DNA from: an uncultured delta proteobacterium
GTDB lineage: Bacteria > Desulfobacterota > Binatia > Binatales > Binataceae
Assembly: GCA_963808235.1 (NCBI GenBank)
Contig: CAWEEQ010000002.1
Coordinates: 160,001-224,000, forward strand
Length of the DNA stretch: 64,000 nucleotides
Direction: 5' to 3'
Positions 29,921 to 39,247 of the stretch are shown in pieces; position 1 is the first letter of the stretch, and each line of letters starts with the position of its first letter. A program made the translations under genes and the position numbers. The notes below the pieces were generated by a model that saw only the letters and a program-made list of their open reading frames with translations, was not told the DNA's origin and ran no database searches.

Positions 29921-30514
29921 ATGCGAAGGAGCGTTCGTGAAATACTGGGCGACGGTCTAGTAGGCATTGTCGGCGCCGCGATCGGATTCGGAATTTCTCA
30001 AGGAGTCAACTTTTACAGTTTGTCAAAAACTCTTGAGACCACCAGAGACATCCAGATGGTTAATCTGGCGCGGCAACTCTCGGGCGACTTTGAAGAGAAC
30101 AAGGACTTCGAAGACTTCCGGATGGCTATCGAAAGATGCGACCCGCTGTTCAACGGTTGGCGCTGGCCAGCCGGAAACGGCCCTACAGTCTGGCGGGGAA
30201 GGTTTAACAATGATCAGGTGAACAGATATCTGAACTTTTTCGACGATATAGGATTCTACAATAAACGTGACGATCTCAACCTTGAGATCGTTCGACAGAT
30301 GTTTGGGCCATATGTTGTCGAAGCGTATGAAGAGCCGGAGATAAAGTGCTACATAGAGGGCTTACATACTCAGGCGCATCAGTCTTCGGCCTTCTCGCAT
30401 TTTGTACTATTAGCGCGTGGACTCGAAGCTGCAGAACCTGATCTGGCTGCCTTTGAGCGGAATAAGTTCGCGAAAATCTCTCACTTTGACTGCCCGCTTT
30501 CAGGGAAAAAATGA
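29921..30514 (+). CDS. Membrane-anchored hypothetical protein (DUF4760-like)
   Basis: N-terminal TM; YLNFFDDIG..L...IVRQMFG pattern. Confidence 0.55.
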   Translation: MRRSVREILGDGLVGIVGAAIGFGISQGVNFYSLSKTLETTRDIQMVNLARQLSGDFEENKDFEDFRMAIERCDPLFNGWRWPAGNGPTVWRGRFNNDQVNRYLNFFDDIGFYNKRDDLNLEIVRQMFGPYVVEAYEEPEIKCYIEGLHTQAHQSSAFSHFVLLARGLEAAEPDLAAFERNKFAKISHFDCPLSGKK

Positions 30515-30553
30515 CCAACATGCAGCGGAGTAAGGGCGGTAGAGGAGAAAAAA

Positions 30554-30907
30554 GTGATCAAACAAATCGCGGTGGTGGCGGCTTCGGCGATGGTCGTGGT
30601 GACGATAGCATTCGCGGCTGGGGCACCTGCCGCATACGCTGCGCCCAAGGTTGATTGCGACACCGTCATGAATGAATTGCATAAAGGCAAGGATGCCAAC
30701 GATGTAGCAACGGCCCTGTCAATCTCAGTCTCGAGCGTCGATCAATGTAAGAGGCACGCCAAGGCCGCGGCCGACTCTGGCACAGGCGCCTCCAGCGAGA
30801 AGTCGCAGCCGCAGGCTTCGCCGGTTCTCCGAGGCGGTGAGTCAGAAGAGAGCGCGGGAGGATGTCCGCAGGAGCCTTGCCCTCCAGACGCAAGCAACCC
30901 TCGATAG
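30554..30907 (+). CDS. Small secreted protein with HTH-like Cys-flanked core
   Basis: GAGGAG RBS, signal peptide, KVDC..VATALSISVSSVDQC. Confidence 0.65.
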   Translation: MIKQIAVVAASAMVVVTIAFAAGAPAAYAAPKVDCDTVMNELHKGKDANDVATALSISVSSVDQCKRHAKAAADSGTGASSEKSQPQASPVLRGGESEESAGGCPQEPCPPDASNPR

Positions 30908-31183
30908 GCGGTAGGATTTCGGAAGGTTCAGCGCGATGATCTCCGATGCCGCGCGCCGAACGCTGGAAATGTCTGACAGGTCGCACAGAACCGATGCCGC
31001 ACTCTGCCCTTTTTGGTCGATGATCTTCTTAACGTCGTCGAGCCTCTGGCTTTCACGGCCGACCAGCATGACATGCCGTGTTTGGCAAGTTGCCAGGGCC
31101 GTCGCACGGCCGATCCCCGAAGTCGGGCGGGTGATGAGGTACGCTTTGCGAGTTGACGCGTTCTTAAAACCGGTCTCCGGCAT
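30908..31183 (-). pseudogene. Short-chain dehydrogenase N-terminal remnant
   Basis: YLIT(R)PTSGIGRATAL..LVGR..CDLSDISSVRRAA; local compensating indels; truncated after about 90 aa. Confidence 0.7.
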
Positions 31184-31234
31184 ATCTGTCTCCATTTTTG
31201 TCTGTCTAGTCAGTCTTTCCTTGGCCAAAAAAAT

Positions 31235-31470
31235 TTAGGCGACGATTCGCCAGAGGGCCTCGAACGCACTCGCGCCATGTTTGCCTCGTTGACTGGGTCG
31301 CGGATCACGAAGTCGATCGTTGCTTTCGCCAGCCCGTTCATCAAAGGCTGCGACGAACCCCAGCGGAGTGTCGCGCATTGGCCCATTTTCACGGCTCCGC
31401 TCCAGTAGCTTTGCGACGCCAGCCATCGCCCGGCTCGCATTCCGATGGCTCTCCAAGCCGATCCTAGCGA
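31235..31470 (-). pseudogene. Degraded TetR-family regulator C-terminus
   Basis: Pieces in different frames: RENGPMRDTPLGFV / LMNGLAKATIDFVIRDP / AFEALWRIVA, directly upstream of the SDR remnant. Confidence 0.45.
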
Positions 31471-31600
31471 TACCGTCAAGATCTTCCCTGGAGAAAAAGT
31501 CGCGAAGAGCTGGCGATGATTATCTCTGCGGCACAGCTGCTTTAATCTTCGGCGAATTTGTCGCCAAATCCGCGGACAATTTTGCGATGAAAAGGCGAAC

Positions 31601-31824
31601 TAGGGGCCGGCGGTTCAAATCCGCTTTGCTCCACCATTCAGTCTCTCGATTTTCGGACATCGCGGTAATCGGCGCGTGTGCGCGCGATTTGCGCACATGT
31701 GCGGACCCGGAGAATCTCTCTTGTCGCGCAGAATTGGCCGAATCTGGCGAAACCTATCGCGGCGCGATTTGGCTAGGTCCGCGGATCATCGCCATGGATT
31801 TGCCTCTTCTTTTTTCAGCGCTCC
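31601..31824 (+). repeat. tRNA-headed dispersed repeat, copy 2
   Basis: GGTTCAAATCCGCTTTGCTCCACCA followed by a body closely matching copy 1 through TTTTTCAGCGCTCC. Confidence 0.88.
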
Positions 31825-31852
31825 TCCTGGGGTGACAGCAGAATCCTGGCTG

Positions 31853-32935
31853 CTATGGGCGGACTTCATAGTAGGCGTTGATCGGGTTATCGAAGTCCTT
31901 GGTTGCGAAGCGCGTGAATCCGGCCTCCGCCGTCATCTTGCGGGCGACCGGTTCGGGAAATCCGAGCGTGCCCAATCCCAAGCCGTCGGGCTCAGAAAGA
32001 GCTGACGACATACAGCAAATCACTGAGAAGCCATACATGAGCGGCGCCAGGGGATTTTGCTTCAGGTTTTCCTCGAACGTCGGCATCCCATGAACGTCGG
32101 CGATCAGCCACGTTCCGTCGGATTTGATGGCTTTGCGAATGGCCTGCATCACGAGGTCAGGCCGCGTCATGTCGTGGAGGCAATCGAAGGTTGTGATGAA
32201 ATCGCAACTAGCATCACCGGGCAGAGGATCGACGGCCACGTCATGCAGATGCACGTTCTTCACTCCGGCCTTCCGCGCGTTTTCTTCTCCGCGCTGGAGG
32301 GGCAACTTAGCGATATCGTAGCCGTGAAACTCCGACCGCGGATAAGCCTTTGCCATCTCGATAATTGCAACGCCTGCGCCACATCCGACATCCGCTGCTT
32401 TGGCTCCTGCATTCAGCTTTGCGACGACGCCGTCAAGCCTTGGCAAGGCGTTGGGTACAAGCTGGGTCCGAAACCACGGGGCGAGCAGTCGTTCGACGCC
32501 GACATTCACTTCCGAACCGAACTGGTCATAAGACAGGCCGAGTCCGCTCTTGAACGACCGCGGCAGTTCGTTCAACAGCGCCATCTGCTGCGGGAGTGCG
32601 CAAAAGCCGCCGGCAAGAAAAAAGGGACTGTTTTCGTCCGCTAGCACCAGGGCACCTTCGGGGCTGAGCTCAAAACGTGACTCACCCCTGTAGTCTATTA
32701 CGTTCGCGGATGCCTGCTGATAGAGCCACTCGCGAACCCAGCGTTCATCAAGGCCGGTCTTGCGCGCGAGTTCTTCGCTGGTGAGAGGACCGGCACCATT
32801 CAGCGCCCTGTAGAGACCCATGCGTTCGCCAAGATGGATCATGCCCGAGACCAGCGCTCCCGCGAGGTGGCTGAAGACCTCCTGCGCGAACTTTTGCGTT
32901 TTCTCGACATCGATCAGATAATTTTTGTCAGACAT
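31853..32935 (-). CDS. wHTH + class I SAM methyltransferase (Rv2258c-like)
   Basis: ERWVREWL, DVGCGAG, FDCLHD, CMSSAL and GLGTLG motifs. Confidence 0.9.
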   Translation of the reverse strand: MSDKNYLIDVEKTQKFAQEVFSHLAGALVSGMIHLGERMGLYRALNGAGPLTSEELARKTGLDERWVREWLYQQASANVIDYRGESRFELSPEGALVLADENSPFFLAGGFCALPQQMALLNELPRSFKSGLGLSYDQFGSEVNVGVERLLAPWFRTQLVPNALPRLDGVVAKLNAGAKAADVGCGAGVAIIEMAKAYPRSEFHGYDIAKLPLQRGEENARKAGVKNVHLHDVAVDPLPGDASCDFITTFDCLHDMTRPDLVMQAIRKAIKSDGTWLIADVHGMPTFEENLKQNPLAPLMYGFSVICCMSSALSEPDGLGLGTLGFPEPVARKMTAEAGFTRFATKDFDNPINAYYEVRP

Positions 32936-32973
32936 AGCGAAACCTCCCAACTCGCGAAAATCCTCGCGGAGTC

Positions 32974-33768
32974 CTATCTTCCCTTGAAGACGGGTTGGCG
33001 TTTCTCGAGGAATGCCTTGCGCGCTTCCTTTGCGTCCTCGCTGCTGAAGGCGATGCGAATATTAGACAACTCATAGCGGAGTTGCTGTTCCATGTCGCTC
33101 GTCTCCAGGGACTTCACCATTCCGCGCTTGAGAAGCCGAAGCGTGATGGGCGACCAGTTGCAGAGTTCTGCGCAGTAGCGCGCCAAGCGGTCGGCGAACT
33201 GCGCGTCATCAACCAGTTCTCCGGCCATGCCAAGCGCGACCGCCTCTTCGCCCAGCACCGTCCGGTTCTCCATCATGAAACGCATCGCCTGCTCGTAGCC
33301 TATAGCTTGCGGCAGGGTGATCGTAAGGCCGGCGTCAGGTGAACCGCCAATTCTCGTATAGCCGGCCATGAGCCTCGCGCCGCGGCTGACCAGCCTTACG
33401 TCGGTCGCCATTGCGAGACCGAGACCGGCGCCGACGGCTACTCCGTTGATGCCGCCGACGACAGGTTTGTCGCACCGTTTGCGGATCGCCAAGAGGAAAT
33501 GGCCGACCCAGGAAATGTCATCGAGCTGAGCCGATTGTGCAGACAGCGGCGTAGAGCGATCGGCACCGGACAAATCCAAGCCGGAGCAAAACGCGTCGCC
33601 GCTGCCGGTAATTGCGATCACCCAGACTTCATCCGTCCGCGCTGCATCCTCAACCGCAGCGATCACACCCCACGCGAGGGCATTGCTCAACGCATTCTTT
33701 TTTTCCGGGCGATTGAGCGTGATGGTTCTGACATGGCCCGCATCCGTGATTTTCACGATGTCTGTCAT
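32974..33768 (-). CDS. Enoyl-CoA hydratase/isomerase family protein
   Basis: LNRPEKKNAL, FCSGLDL, NGVAVGAG, PDAG and AFLEKRQPVFKG motifs. Confidence 0.93.
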   Translation of the reverse strand: MTDIVKITDAGHVRTITLNRPEKKNALSNALAWGVIAAVEDAARTDEVWVIAITGSGDAFCSGLDLSGADRSTPLSAQSAQLDDISWVGHFLLAIRKRCDKPVVGGINGVAVGAGLGLAMATDVRLVSRGARLMAGYTRIGGSPDAGLTITLPQAIGYEQAMRFMMENRTVLGEEAVALGMAGELVDDAQFADRLARYCAELCNWSPITLRLLKRGMVKSLETSDMEQQLRYELSNIRIAFSSEDAKEARKAFLEKRQPVFKGR

Positions 33769-33968
33769 TTCGCTTGCCTTTCTATGGCTAAGGGATTTCG
33801 ATCGCGCTCCGATTCTGGCTCATCCGCTGTGCTCAGGTCCAACTCCGGAGGACTTCACAGAGAGCGTGCTGCGTTTTTCCATTCGCTGGGCACTTTGCTG
33901 GACGATTCGTTGCCGATTTGATGACCGGGGCGTTGGCTCTCAGCCGGCAGACGCGAATGTGAACAACG

Positions 33969-34207
33969 GGCTGTCGTCGGGCAGATGAGAAACTGGGCTT
34001 ACAGTTCAAACCCCTTCTGCTCCGGATTTCAGTCTCCAACTTTCCGGAGATCTCAGAGAATCGATCGAGGTCGGCGGGTGTGCGCGCGATTCGCGATCGA
34101 GCGCGGACCCGGAGAACGCCTAGGTTGGCGCAAATCGGCAAAATCGCGTAAAGACCCATCCAGGCACTATTTTGCTAGGTCCGCGGATCCTCGTCGTAGA
34201 TTCGCCT
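33969..34207 (+). repeat. tRNA-headed dispersed repeat, copy 3 (diverged)
   Basis: AGTTCAAACCCCTTCTGCTCC..TTCAGTCTCC..AGAGAATCGATCGA..GTGTGCGCGCGATT..GCGGACCCGGAGAA..GCTAGGTCCGCGGATC. Confidence 0.75.
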
Positions 34208-34256
34208 GCGGACCGCGCACGTAGTCAGGCGCGCAATTCGCGCAGGGGAGCAGCAA

Positions 34257-34928
34257 ATGACCCCACAGTTCTCGGCCTTGCAAAGGATGCTCGCGATCAT
34301 AAAATACCGATCACCTCTAGGTAGTCTGCGCAGGCGCAACGCTGACCGAACCAGGGCGTTACTCTTCGTGAAATTCGATCCTGAGACAGGAGCACCCAAA
34401 TGGTCGCCGCGCGTTCGGATGGAGAAGATCCGCATGCTCTATCGGAACGACGCCACTGGTATCCTCGATGAAGAGTTGCTCGACGACGTCGGCATCACGC
34501 TTTATTGCCGATGCGAAAGCATCCTCGACGCATCGGACGCTTTGCTCGGTAAGGTCCACTGCCCGAGCTGCGCGAACGTGATTAGGCGCAAGCGCGCGAG
34601 CGGAGGCAACCACGAGGAGGTAAAGCGTGAGCAGCTCGTCTGCGCCAAATGTGGCTGGACGATCCGATGGCTCGATTACCAGAAAACCTTTCAACACAAG
34701 GACTTGTGGGGCATTGGATTTGCGGATGCGATGCATGAGTTTATGGCGCGTTGGAAATCGTGCGGAAGCGCTCGCGAGAAGATGTTACTCATCGACCGGC
34801 TGATTCACATCTGGCATTGGCAGTTCAGCGACGAACGTGGCGCGAGCCGCCCCGCCGCGCCGACGTTCATCGAGGGCGGTAGCAGAAAGGAAATCATCAG
34901 ATTTCTCGACGATCTCTCGAAGTCTTAG
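34257..34928 (+). CDS. Hypothetical Zn-ribbon protein
   Basis: CPSC..CAKC pairs; KIRMLY..DA.GI.DEELLDDVG and LIDRLIH. The true start is probably downstream of 34257. Confidence 0.7.
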   Translation: MTPQFSALQRMLAIIKYRSPLGSLRRRNADRTRALLFVKFDPETGAPKWSPRVRMEKIRMLYRNDATGILDEELLDDVGITLYCRCESILDASDALLGKVHCPSCANVIRRKRASGGNHEEVKREQLVCAKCGWTIRWLDYQKTFQHKDLWGIGFADAMHEFMARWKSCGSAREKMLLIDRLIHIWHWQFSDERGASRPAAPTFIEGGSRKEIIRFLDDLSKS

Positions 34929-35043
34929 TTGACCGCTAGCGGATTGAGCCGAGGTATTGTTCATTGGTCAGGCGGAACCACTCTGTCTCGCTGTTCGCGG
35001 ACGCACGTTAGACTTACACACGCCGACGTTAAACGGAACGATT

Positions 35044-35144
35044 GGCTGTCGTCTGGCTGACGAGAAAAGGGGCTGAAAGTTCAAACCCACTCTGCTCCAC
35101 ATTTCAGTTTTCCAGGGTTTCGGACATCCCAGAGAATCGATCGA
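35044..35144 (+). repeat. tRNA-headed dispersed repeat, copy 4 (truncated, abuts integrase 3' end)
   Basis: GGCTGTCGTC..GAGAAA..AGTTCAAACCCACTCTGCTCCAC..TTCAG..TCCAGGGTTTCGGACAT..GAGAATCGATCGA, after which similarity stops. Confidence 0.75.
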
Positions 35145-35167
35145 GCGCGCTCGTGAAACCTAGGGAA

Positions 35168-36346
35168 CTAGCCGTTGAGGATCGTGTCCATTTTGTCGGC
35201 CATATCCTGCATCATAGATGGCATGACGTGGCTGTAGGTATTGGCTGTCAGAGCGATCGTGCTGTGACCAAGGAGTTCCATGATTGCCCGGAGCTGAACG
35301 CCTTGGGCTAGCAATAGGCTTGCAGCGCTGTGGCGCAAATCATGAAACCGGGTTGATAGCGGAATCTTGGCGTCAGCTTCGGGTCCGTTGGCCTTCTCCA
35401 GAATCCGCTTGAAGTCTCTGACGGCAGAACGCGGCTCTATCGGCGTTCCGATTCCGGTCGTGAAGACGAGTCCGCGCTCGGTCCATCCGAAACTGGCGAT
35501 AAGGCGTTCTTGAAGCTGGCGCGCACGATGAGCGCGTAGTGATCGAACGAGCGCATCGGGTATTCGCAGAGTTCGCCTGCTACGGTCCGTCTTCGGCTCG
35601 ACAAATTGGAGCCTGCCGGGACCTGTTCCGAATCGCTTGCCGCCCACTCGCTGCAGCGATTGCCGAATCGTAATTTGCTGCCGTTCCAGGTCCACGTCCA
35701 TCCAGCGCAGCCCGAGTGCCTCGCCCTCGCGAAGTCCGAGCCCGAGCGCCACGCTGTACAGTGCTTCGAGCCGTTCGCCTTTGGCTGCATCAAGGAATTT
35801 GCGCGACTGATCGAGATCCAGGGGTTTGATCTCCGGGCGCCGAACCTTCGGGGTATCAACGAGCTTGGCGACGTTGCGGCCGACGAGGCTCCACTTCACC
35901 GCAGTCTGAAGGGCGTGCCGAAGGATTACCAGACTGAGCTGGACTGTGCGCGGCGAAAGGTCGCTCTTGAGCCTTTCGTTCACGAAGGTCTGAACATGCT
36001 GAGGCGACAGTTTCGAAAGCCGTTGCTTTCCCAGTGAGGGCCCTAGGTAAAGTCGAACATGCTGATGGTACTGCTGATACGTTGCCGGGCGAACGCTTGA
36101 TTTCACGGAGTCCTCAAGCCAGTGGTCGAGGAATTCTTTGACCGTCTGTAGCTCGACCGACACCGGAAGGCCGCGAGACTGGTCGAAACGCGCTTTGAGC
36201 AGCTCGTCTCGTACCTCAGCGGCTGTCGCGGCGTAAAAGTGCCTTCGTTTACGCTTGCCGCCTTGCCAGCCCAGATTGAGAGAGCCGACCCAGCGCCCAT
36301 CCTTGCGCTGGAAGATCGAACCCTCGCTTGTTCCGCGCTTCGCCAT
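35168..36346 (-). CDS. int: Tyrosine integrase
   Basis: Arm-binding N-terminus (EGSIFQRKDGRW), GLREGEALGLRW, KT, FHDLRHSAAS and LGHS...TANTYSH. Confidence 0.96.
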   Translation of the reverse strand: MAKRGTSEGSIFQRKDGRWVGSLNLGWQGGKRKRRHFYAATAAEVRDELLKARFDQSRGLPVSVELQTVKEFLDHWLEDSVKSSVRPATYQQYHQHVRLYLGPSLGKQRLSKLSPQHVQTFVNERLKSDLSPRTVQLSLVILRHALQTAVKWSLVGRNVAKLVDTPKVRRPEIKPLDLDQSRKFLDAAKGERLEALYSVALGLGLREGEALGLRWMDVDLERQQITIRQSLQRVGGKRFGTGPGRLQFVEPKTDRSRRTLRIPDALVRSLRAHRARQLQERLIASFGWTERGLVFTTGIGTPIEPRSAVRDFKRILEKANGPEADAKIPLSTRFHDLRHSAASLLLAQGVQLRAIMELLGHSTIALTANTYSHVMPSMMQDMADKMDTILNG

Positions 36347-36350
36347 GAAA

Positions 36351-37304
36351 TCAGCGCTTGGTAATCCACCTTTTGACCTGCTCGACGCCGGTATCGAGAC
36401 GCTTTGCAATTTCCCGAACTGAGAACTTTTTATCGCGGAGCTGGCGAGCCTCGATTTTTCGGTCCGAATACAATCTGATGCGACATGCGTTCGAGCAGGT
36501 CTTTCGATTCGTTCGGTACCCTGATCCTTCCGCTGCCACTAGCATCGGCTTTCCGCAGCTTTCGCAAAGACGAAACTTCTGATGACCAGCGATCGCGTCT
36601 GCGAGTTGAAGCCAAAGACAACCGATCAGGGTGCTTGGGACAATGAACAGACCCATTTCGTTGCTATCTGGAGCTTTCCAAAGGAGACGGGAAGAGACCA
36701 ACTCAGCCAGAGACTTGTTGACCACTTCCTGTAGGTAGAACCGCGCCGGCTTCAGTACATCGCCGCGCTGAAACCTCTCGAGAAGGTGCGAATTTATTCC
36801 AGGCGCCGCTATCGTGGCGTGGGTGCTCCACGGGGTGTTCAATTCGCTCGATGGCGGCCAGTCGTACGTTATGTGATCGCGGCGCCGCCAATGGATGCAG
36901 CTAGCGAGTACTGACGAGTTCTCGGCCTTAATAGCTTCCCAGAGCGTGACCGCGGCCTTCATTCCGTGAAGATGTTCCTGCCAATGAGATCGTAGTTCCC
37001 CGGTTACGGCGGTCGTGCTCGCGCCTTTGCGTTCCGGTTCCGGCGCGATCCATCGAGGACCGCGTCCGAGCAATCCGTAGCTGTTCGCGAAGTGAAGGAT
37101 CTCGACATCGGCATTTGGGTCAATGCTTGCGAACTTCAAAAAGAGGTCGGGATCGGGCTTGTACGGCCGCGAATTTTCGCCGAGTGCGATTAAAGCCGGT
37201 TCGTCGTGTTTCCGGACGTTGGCTCCGAACACCCGAATTGGGCCGCTTCGCCATTCGTGCCCGTCTTCCGCGACTTGCCAGATGAATTGAAAGAGTTCGT
37301 ACAT
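36351..37304 (-). CDS. CGNR-type zinc finger + C-terminal HTH protein (putative regulator)
   Basis: LWLQL..FRLCESCGK..RKTCSNACR followed by SVREIAKRLDTGVEQVKRW. Confidence 0.7.
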   Translation of the reverse strand: MYELFQFIWQVAEDGHEWRSGPIRVFGANVRKHDEPALIALGENSRPYKPDPDLFLKFASIDPNADVEILHFANSYGLLGRGPRWIAPEPERKGASTTAVTGELRSHWQEHLHGMKAAVTLWEAIKAENSSVLASCIHWRRRDHITYDWPPSSELNTPWSTHATIAAPGINSHLLERFQRGDVLKPARFYLQEVVNKSLAELVSSRLLWKAPDSNEMGLFIVPSTLIGCLWLQLADAIAGHQKFRLCESCGKPMLVAAEGSGYRTNRKTCSNACRIRLYSDRKIEARQLRDKKFSVREIAKRLDTGVEQVKRWITKR

Positions 37305-37408
37305 TTCAGCACCTCACATGACCACACAGTTATGCACAGTGCAAGTGTGTGGATTGTCGTTGTGAAAACTGATAGCAATTAGATCGACGGCGCACAAGTC
37401 GTACGAGA

Positions 37409-37615
37409 GTGGAGGACGTGGTGGACAGCATCAAAAGCGAATTCGTGTTCGTGAAGCCGGTTCGGGCGGCGAAACTCCTGGACATGTCGAAATCGAAAAT
37501 CTACGAGATGATTCAGCGCAACGAGATACCGTTTGTGAGGCTCGGCGGCTGTCTGCGAATCCCGATGTCGGCCCTGGATGACTTCGTTGCGAGGGCCAAA
37601 GGCGAAGCGCGTTGA
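37409..37615 (+). CDS. Excisionase-like HTH DNA-binding protein
   Basis: AAKLLDMSKSKIYEMIQRNEIPFVRLGGCLRIP; divergent from int. Confidence 0.88.
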   Translation: MEDVVDSIKSEFVFVKPVRAAKLLDMSKSKIYEMIQRNEIPFVRLGGCLRIPMSALDDFVARAKGEAR

Positions 37616-37775
37616 CGTCCGCCGCTCCAGAAAACGATCCGACGATCTATCCCGATGAAGTGGCGACGGCAAGGCTCGCCTCCATCGAGCGGTTCAACTT
37701 TGCCGATTTTCCAGTGTCTGTTGCGCGACAAAGGAATGCTGACTCAGCATCACGTACCGAAGCGGAGGGCGGCTG

Positions 37776-38639
37776 GTGGGAGGAAAACTCGGTTGGTTCC
37801 CATTCTATCCCCGGGATTGGAAGTCTGATCGTCAACTCGGGCGAGCGTCGGCCACGAGCCGCGGCGTCTGGATGGAGTTGCTTTCGACGATGTTTGTAGA
37901 AAACGCCGATCAGATTTCCGGAACGATCGATGAACTCGCGCGTGACGCGCGATGCAGCGTGGCGGATATCACTACCTTCATTGAGGACGCTAGAAGTCAG
38001 AAATTTTGCGACGTAACCGAATGTAACGGCGTCTACACCGTCGTCTCTCGTCGGTTCACTCGTGAAGCGAAGGACCGTGAGAGGAACAGAGAAAAGGTAA
38101 GTCGCTTTCGTTCAAACCAGTCTGCTCATAAACAAAGTAACCGCGGTGTAACCGCTGCGAAACCAAATGTAACTTCTGTCTCTGACTCTGGATCTTCCTC
38201 TGATTCCCATTCTGGATGTGATCTGAAGCGAAAGCCTGGAACTCCGTGGCCAGAGGATCTGAGGCTCACGGAGGAGATGAGGAGGTTCGCTGGCGTGGGA
38301 CAGATTGACGCCGAGCGTGAGTTCGCTGCGTGGCACGATGACTGCCTGGCGCACGATCGTCGCTACTGCGATTGGCAAGCGGCGTGGAGAGCTCGTATTC
38401 GAAACGCACCTAGGTTCGCCGGTCCCTCGATCGCAACCGAAAGACCTCTGCGCGGAACCGTGAATCTTGGCAACACGGGTATGGCCAATCTCGCAAAACA
38501 CCTGGGGCTGGGCGATGAAACACGAAGAGATGGTCAAGCTGCTGATACTAGTCAAGGGCAACTGGTACCGCCAGCCGACGGACGACCTGACGATCCGCGC
38601 GTGGCAGGAGATTCTCAGCGAAGAGATAGACGGGGGTGA
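37776..38639 (+). CDS. Phage-type replication initiator (DUF1376/YdaU-like N-terminus, DnaT-like C-terminus)
   Basis: WFPFYPRDWKSD..RGVWMELL, NREKVSRFR and DWQAAWR motifs. Confidence 0.7.
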   Translation: MGGKLGWFPFYPRDWKSDRQLGRASATSRGVWMELLSTMFVENADQISGTIDELARDARCSVADITTFIEDARSQKFCDVTECNGVYTVVSRRFTREAKDRERNREKVSRFRSNQSAHKQSNRGVTAAKPNVTSVSDSGSSSDSHSGCDLKRKPGTPWPEDLRLTEEMRRFAGVGQIDAEREFAAWHDDCLAHDRRYCDWQAAWRARIRNAPRFAGPSIATERPLRGTVNLGNTGMANLAKHLGLGDETRRDGQAADTSQGQLVPPADGRPDDPRVAGDSQRRDRRG

Positions 38640-39003
38640 TGCTGCCGAGGCTGTTTTGGAGTTTGCTCGCTCCGGTGCGAAAGAACCGCCGACGCCGGGA
38701 ATGGTCTTTCGAGCGGCGACGGAACTGGCGCAACGCCGCGAAGATCAAGAACGCCGCACGAGAAAATCGATCGAGGAGCTACCCGGCGATGAGGAACGGG
38801 AGAGAATGAGACAAAATTTCAACGATCTTATCGATAAATTGACGTGTTCCATGGCAAGAGGGGACACCCAGGACGTGGCATCGGAGGCGGTTGGTGCATT
38901 CCAGAGTGCAGCGTCGACGCCGGTCGATGCGCGCAACATCGACCCAGAGACCAAACGCGCCCAAGAAATCATTCTCAGGAAGCGTCGAGTGAAACTAAGG
39001 TAG
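38515..39003 (+). CDS. Putative helicase loader/inhibitor-like phage protein
   Basis: M..EE..KLL....W....A..AV....PPTPG pattern, directly after the rep gene. Confidence 0.5.
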   Translation: MKHEEMVKLLILVKGNWYRQPTDDLTIRAWQEILSEEIDGGDAAEAVLEFARSGAKEPPTPGMVFRAATELAQRREDQERRTRKSIEELPGDEERERMRQNFNDLIDKLTCSMARGDTQDVASEAVGAFQSAASTPVDARNIDPETKRAQEIILRKRRVKLR

Positions 39004-39149
39004 ATGCAGAGAAAGACGCCATCGGTGGCAGTGGACGCCGGCGGACACTCTCTTGAAACGCGGAATAGAAAGATTGATGGAAAAACGGGAATGAGAGTTG
39101 TTCGCGGCGTACCGACAGACATGAGACTAGGGCTTGTCAGCATCAGAGC

Positions 39150-39240
39150 CGGGTAGGGGGTCAAAATCTCTGGGAGTCGGAGAACGTTGACCATTGGCTG
39201 GCTTCACGCGTGTGGCCGCAAGTTAGGGGGTAGGGGGTGT
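39150..39240 (+). other. cos-like packaging region
   Basis: GGGTAGGGGGTCAAAATCTCTG..GACC..TCACGCGTGTGGCCGCAAGTTAGGGGGTAGGGGG resembles the sequence preceding P27-type terS in cos phages (pattern recognition only). Confidence 0.5.
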
Positions 39241-39247
39241 CGGTGGG

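Noticed and set aside
31676-32005. Short ORFs sharing CARFAHMCGPGESLLSRRIG (also 56848..57129 and 26073..26315)
   Set aside because: These are translations of the non-coding repeat; frames, starts and ends are not conserved between copies.
26124-35144. Repeats as a CRISPR array or classical integron attC sites
   Set aside because: Units are 100-240 bp and kilobases apart, and there are no cas genes. No RYYYAAC/GTTRRRY attC ends are evident, and the integrase looks phage-type with an arm-binding N-terminus rather than IntI.
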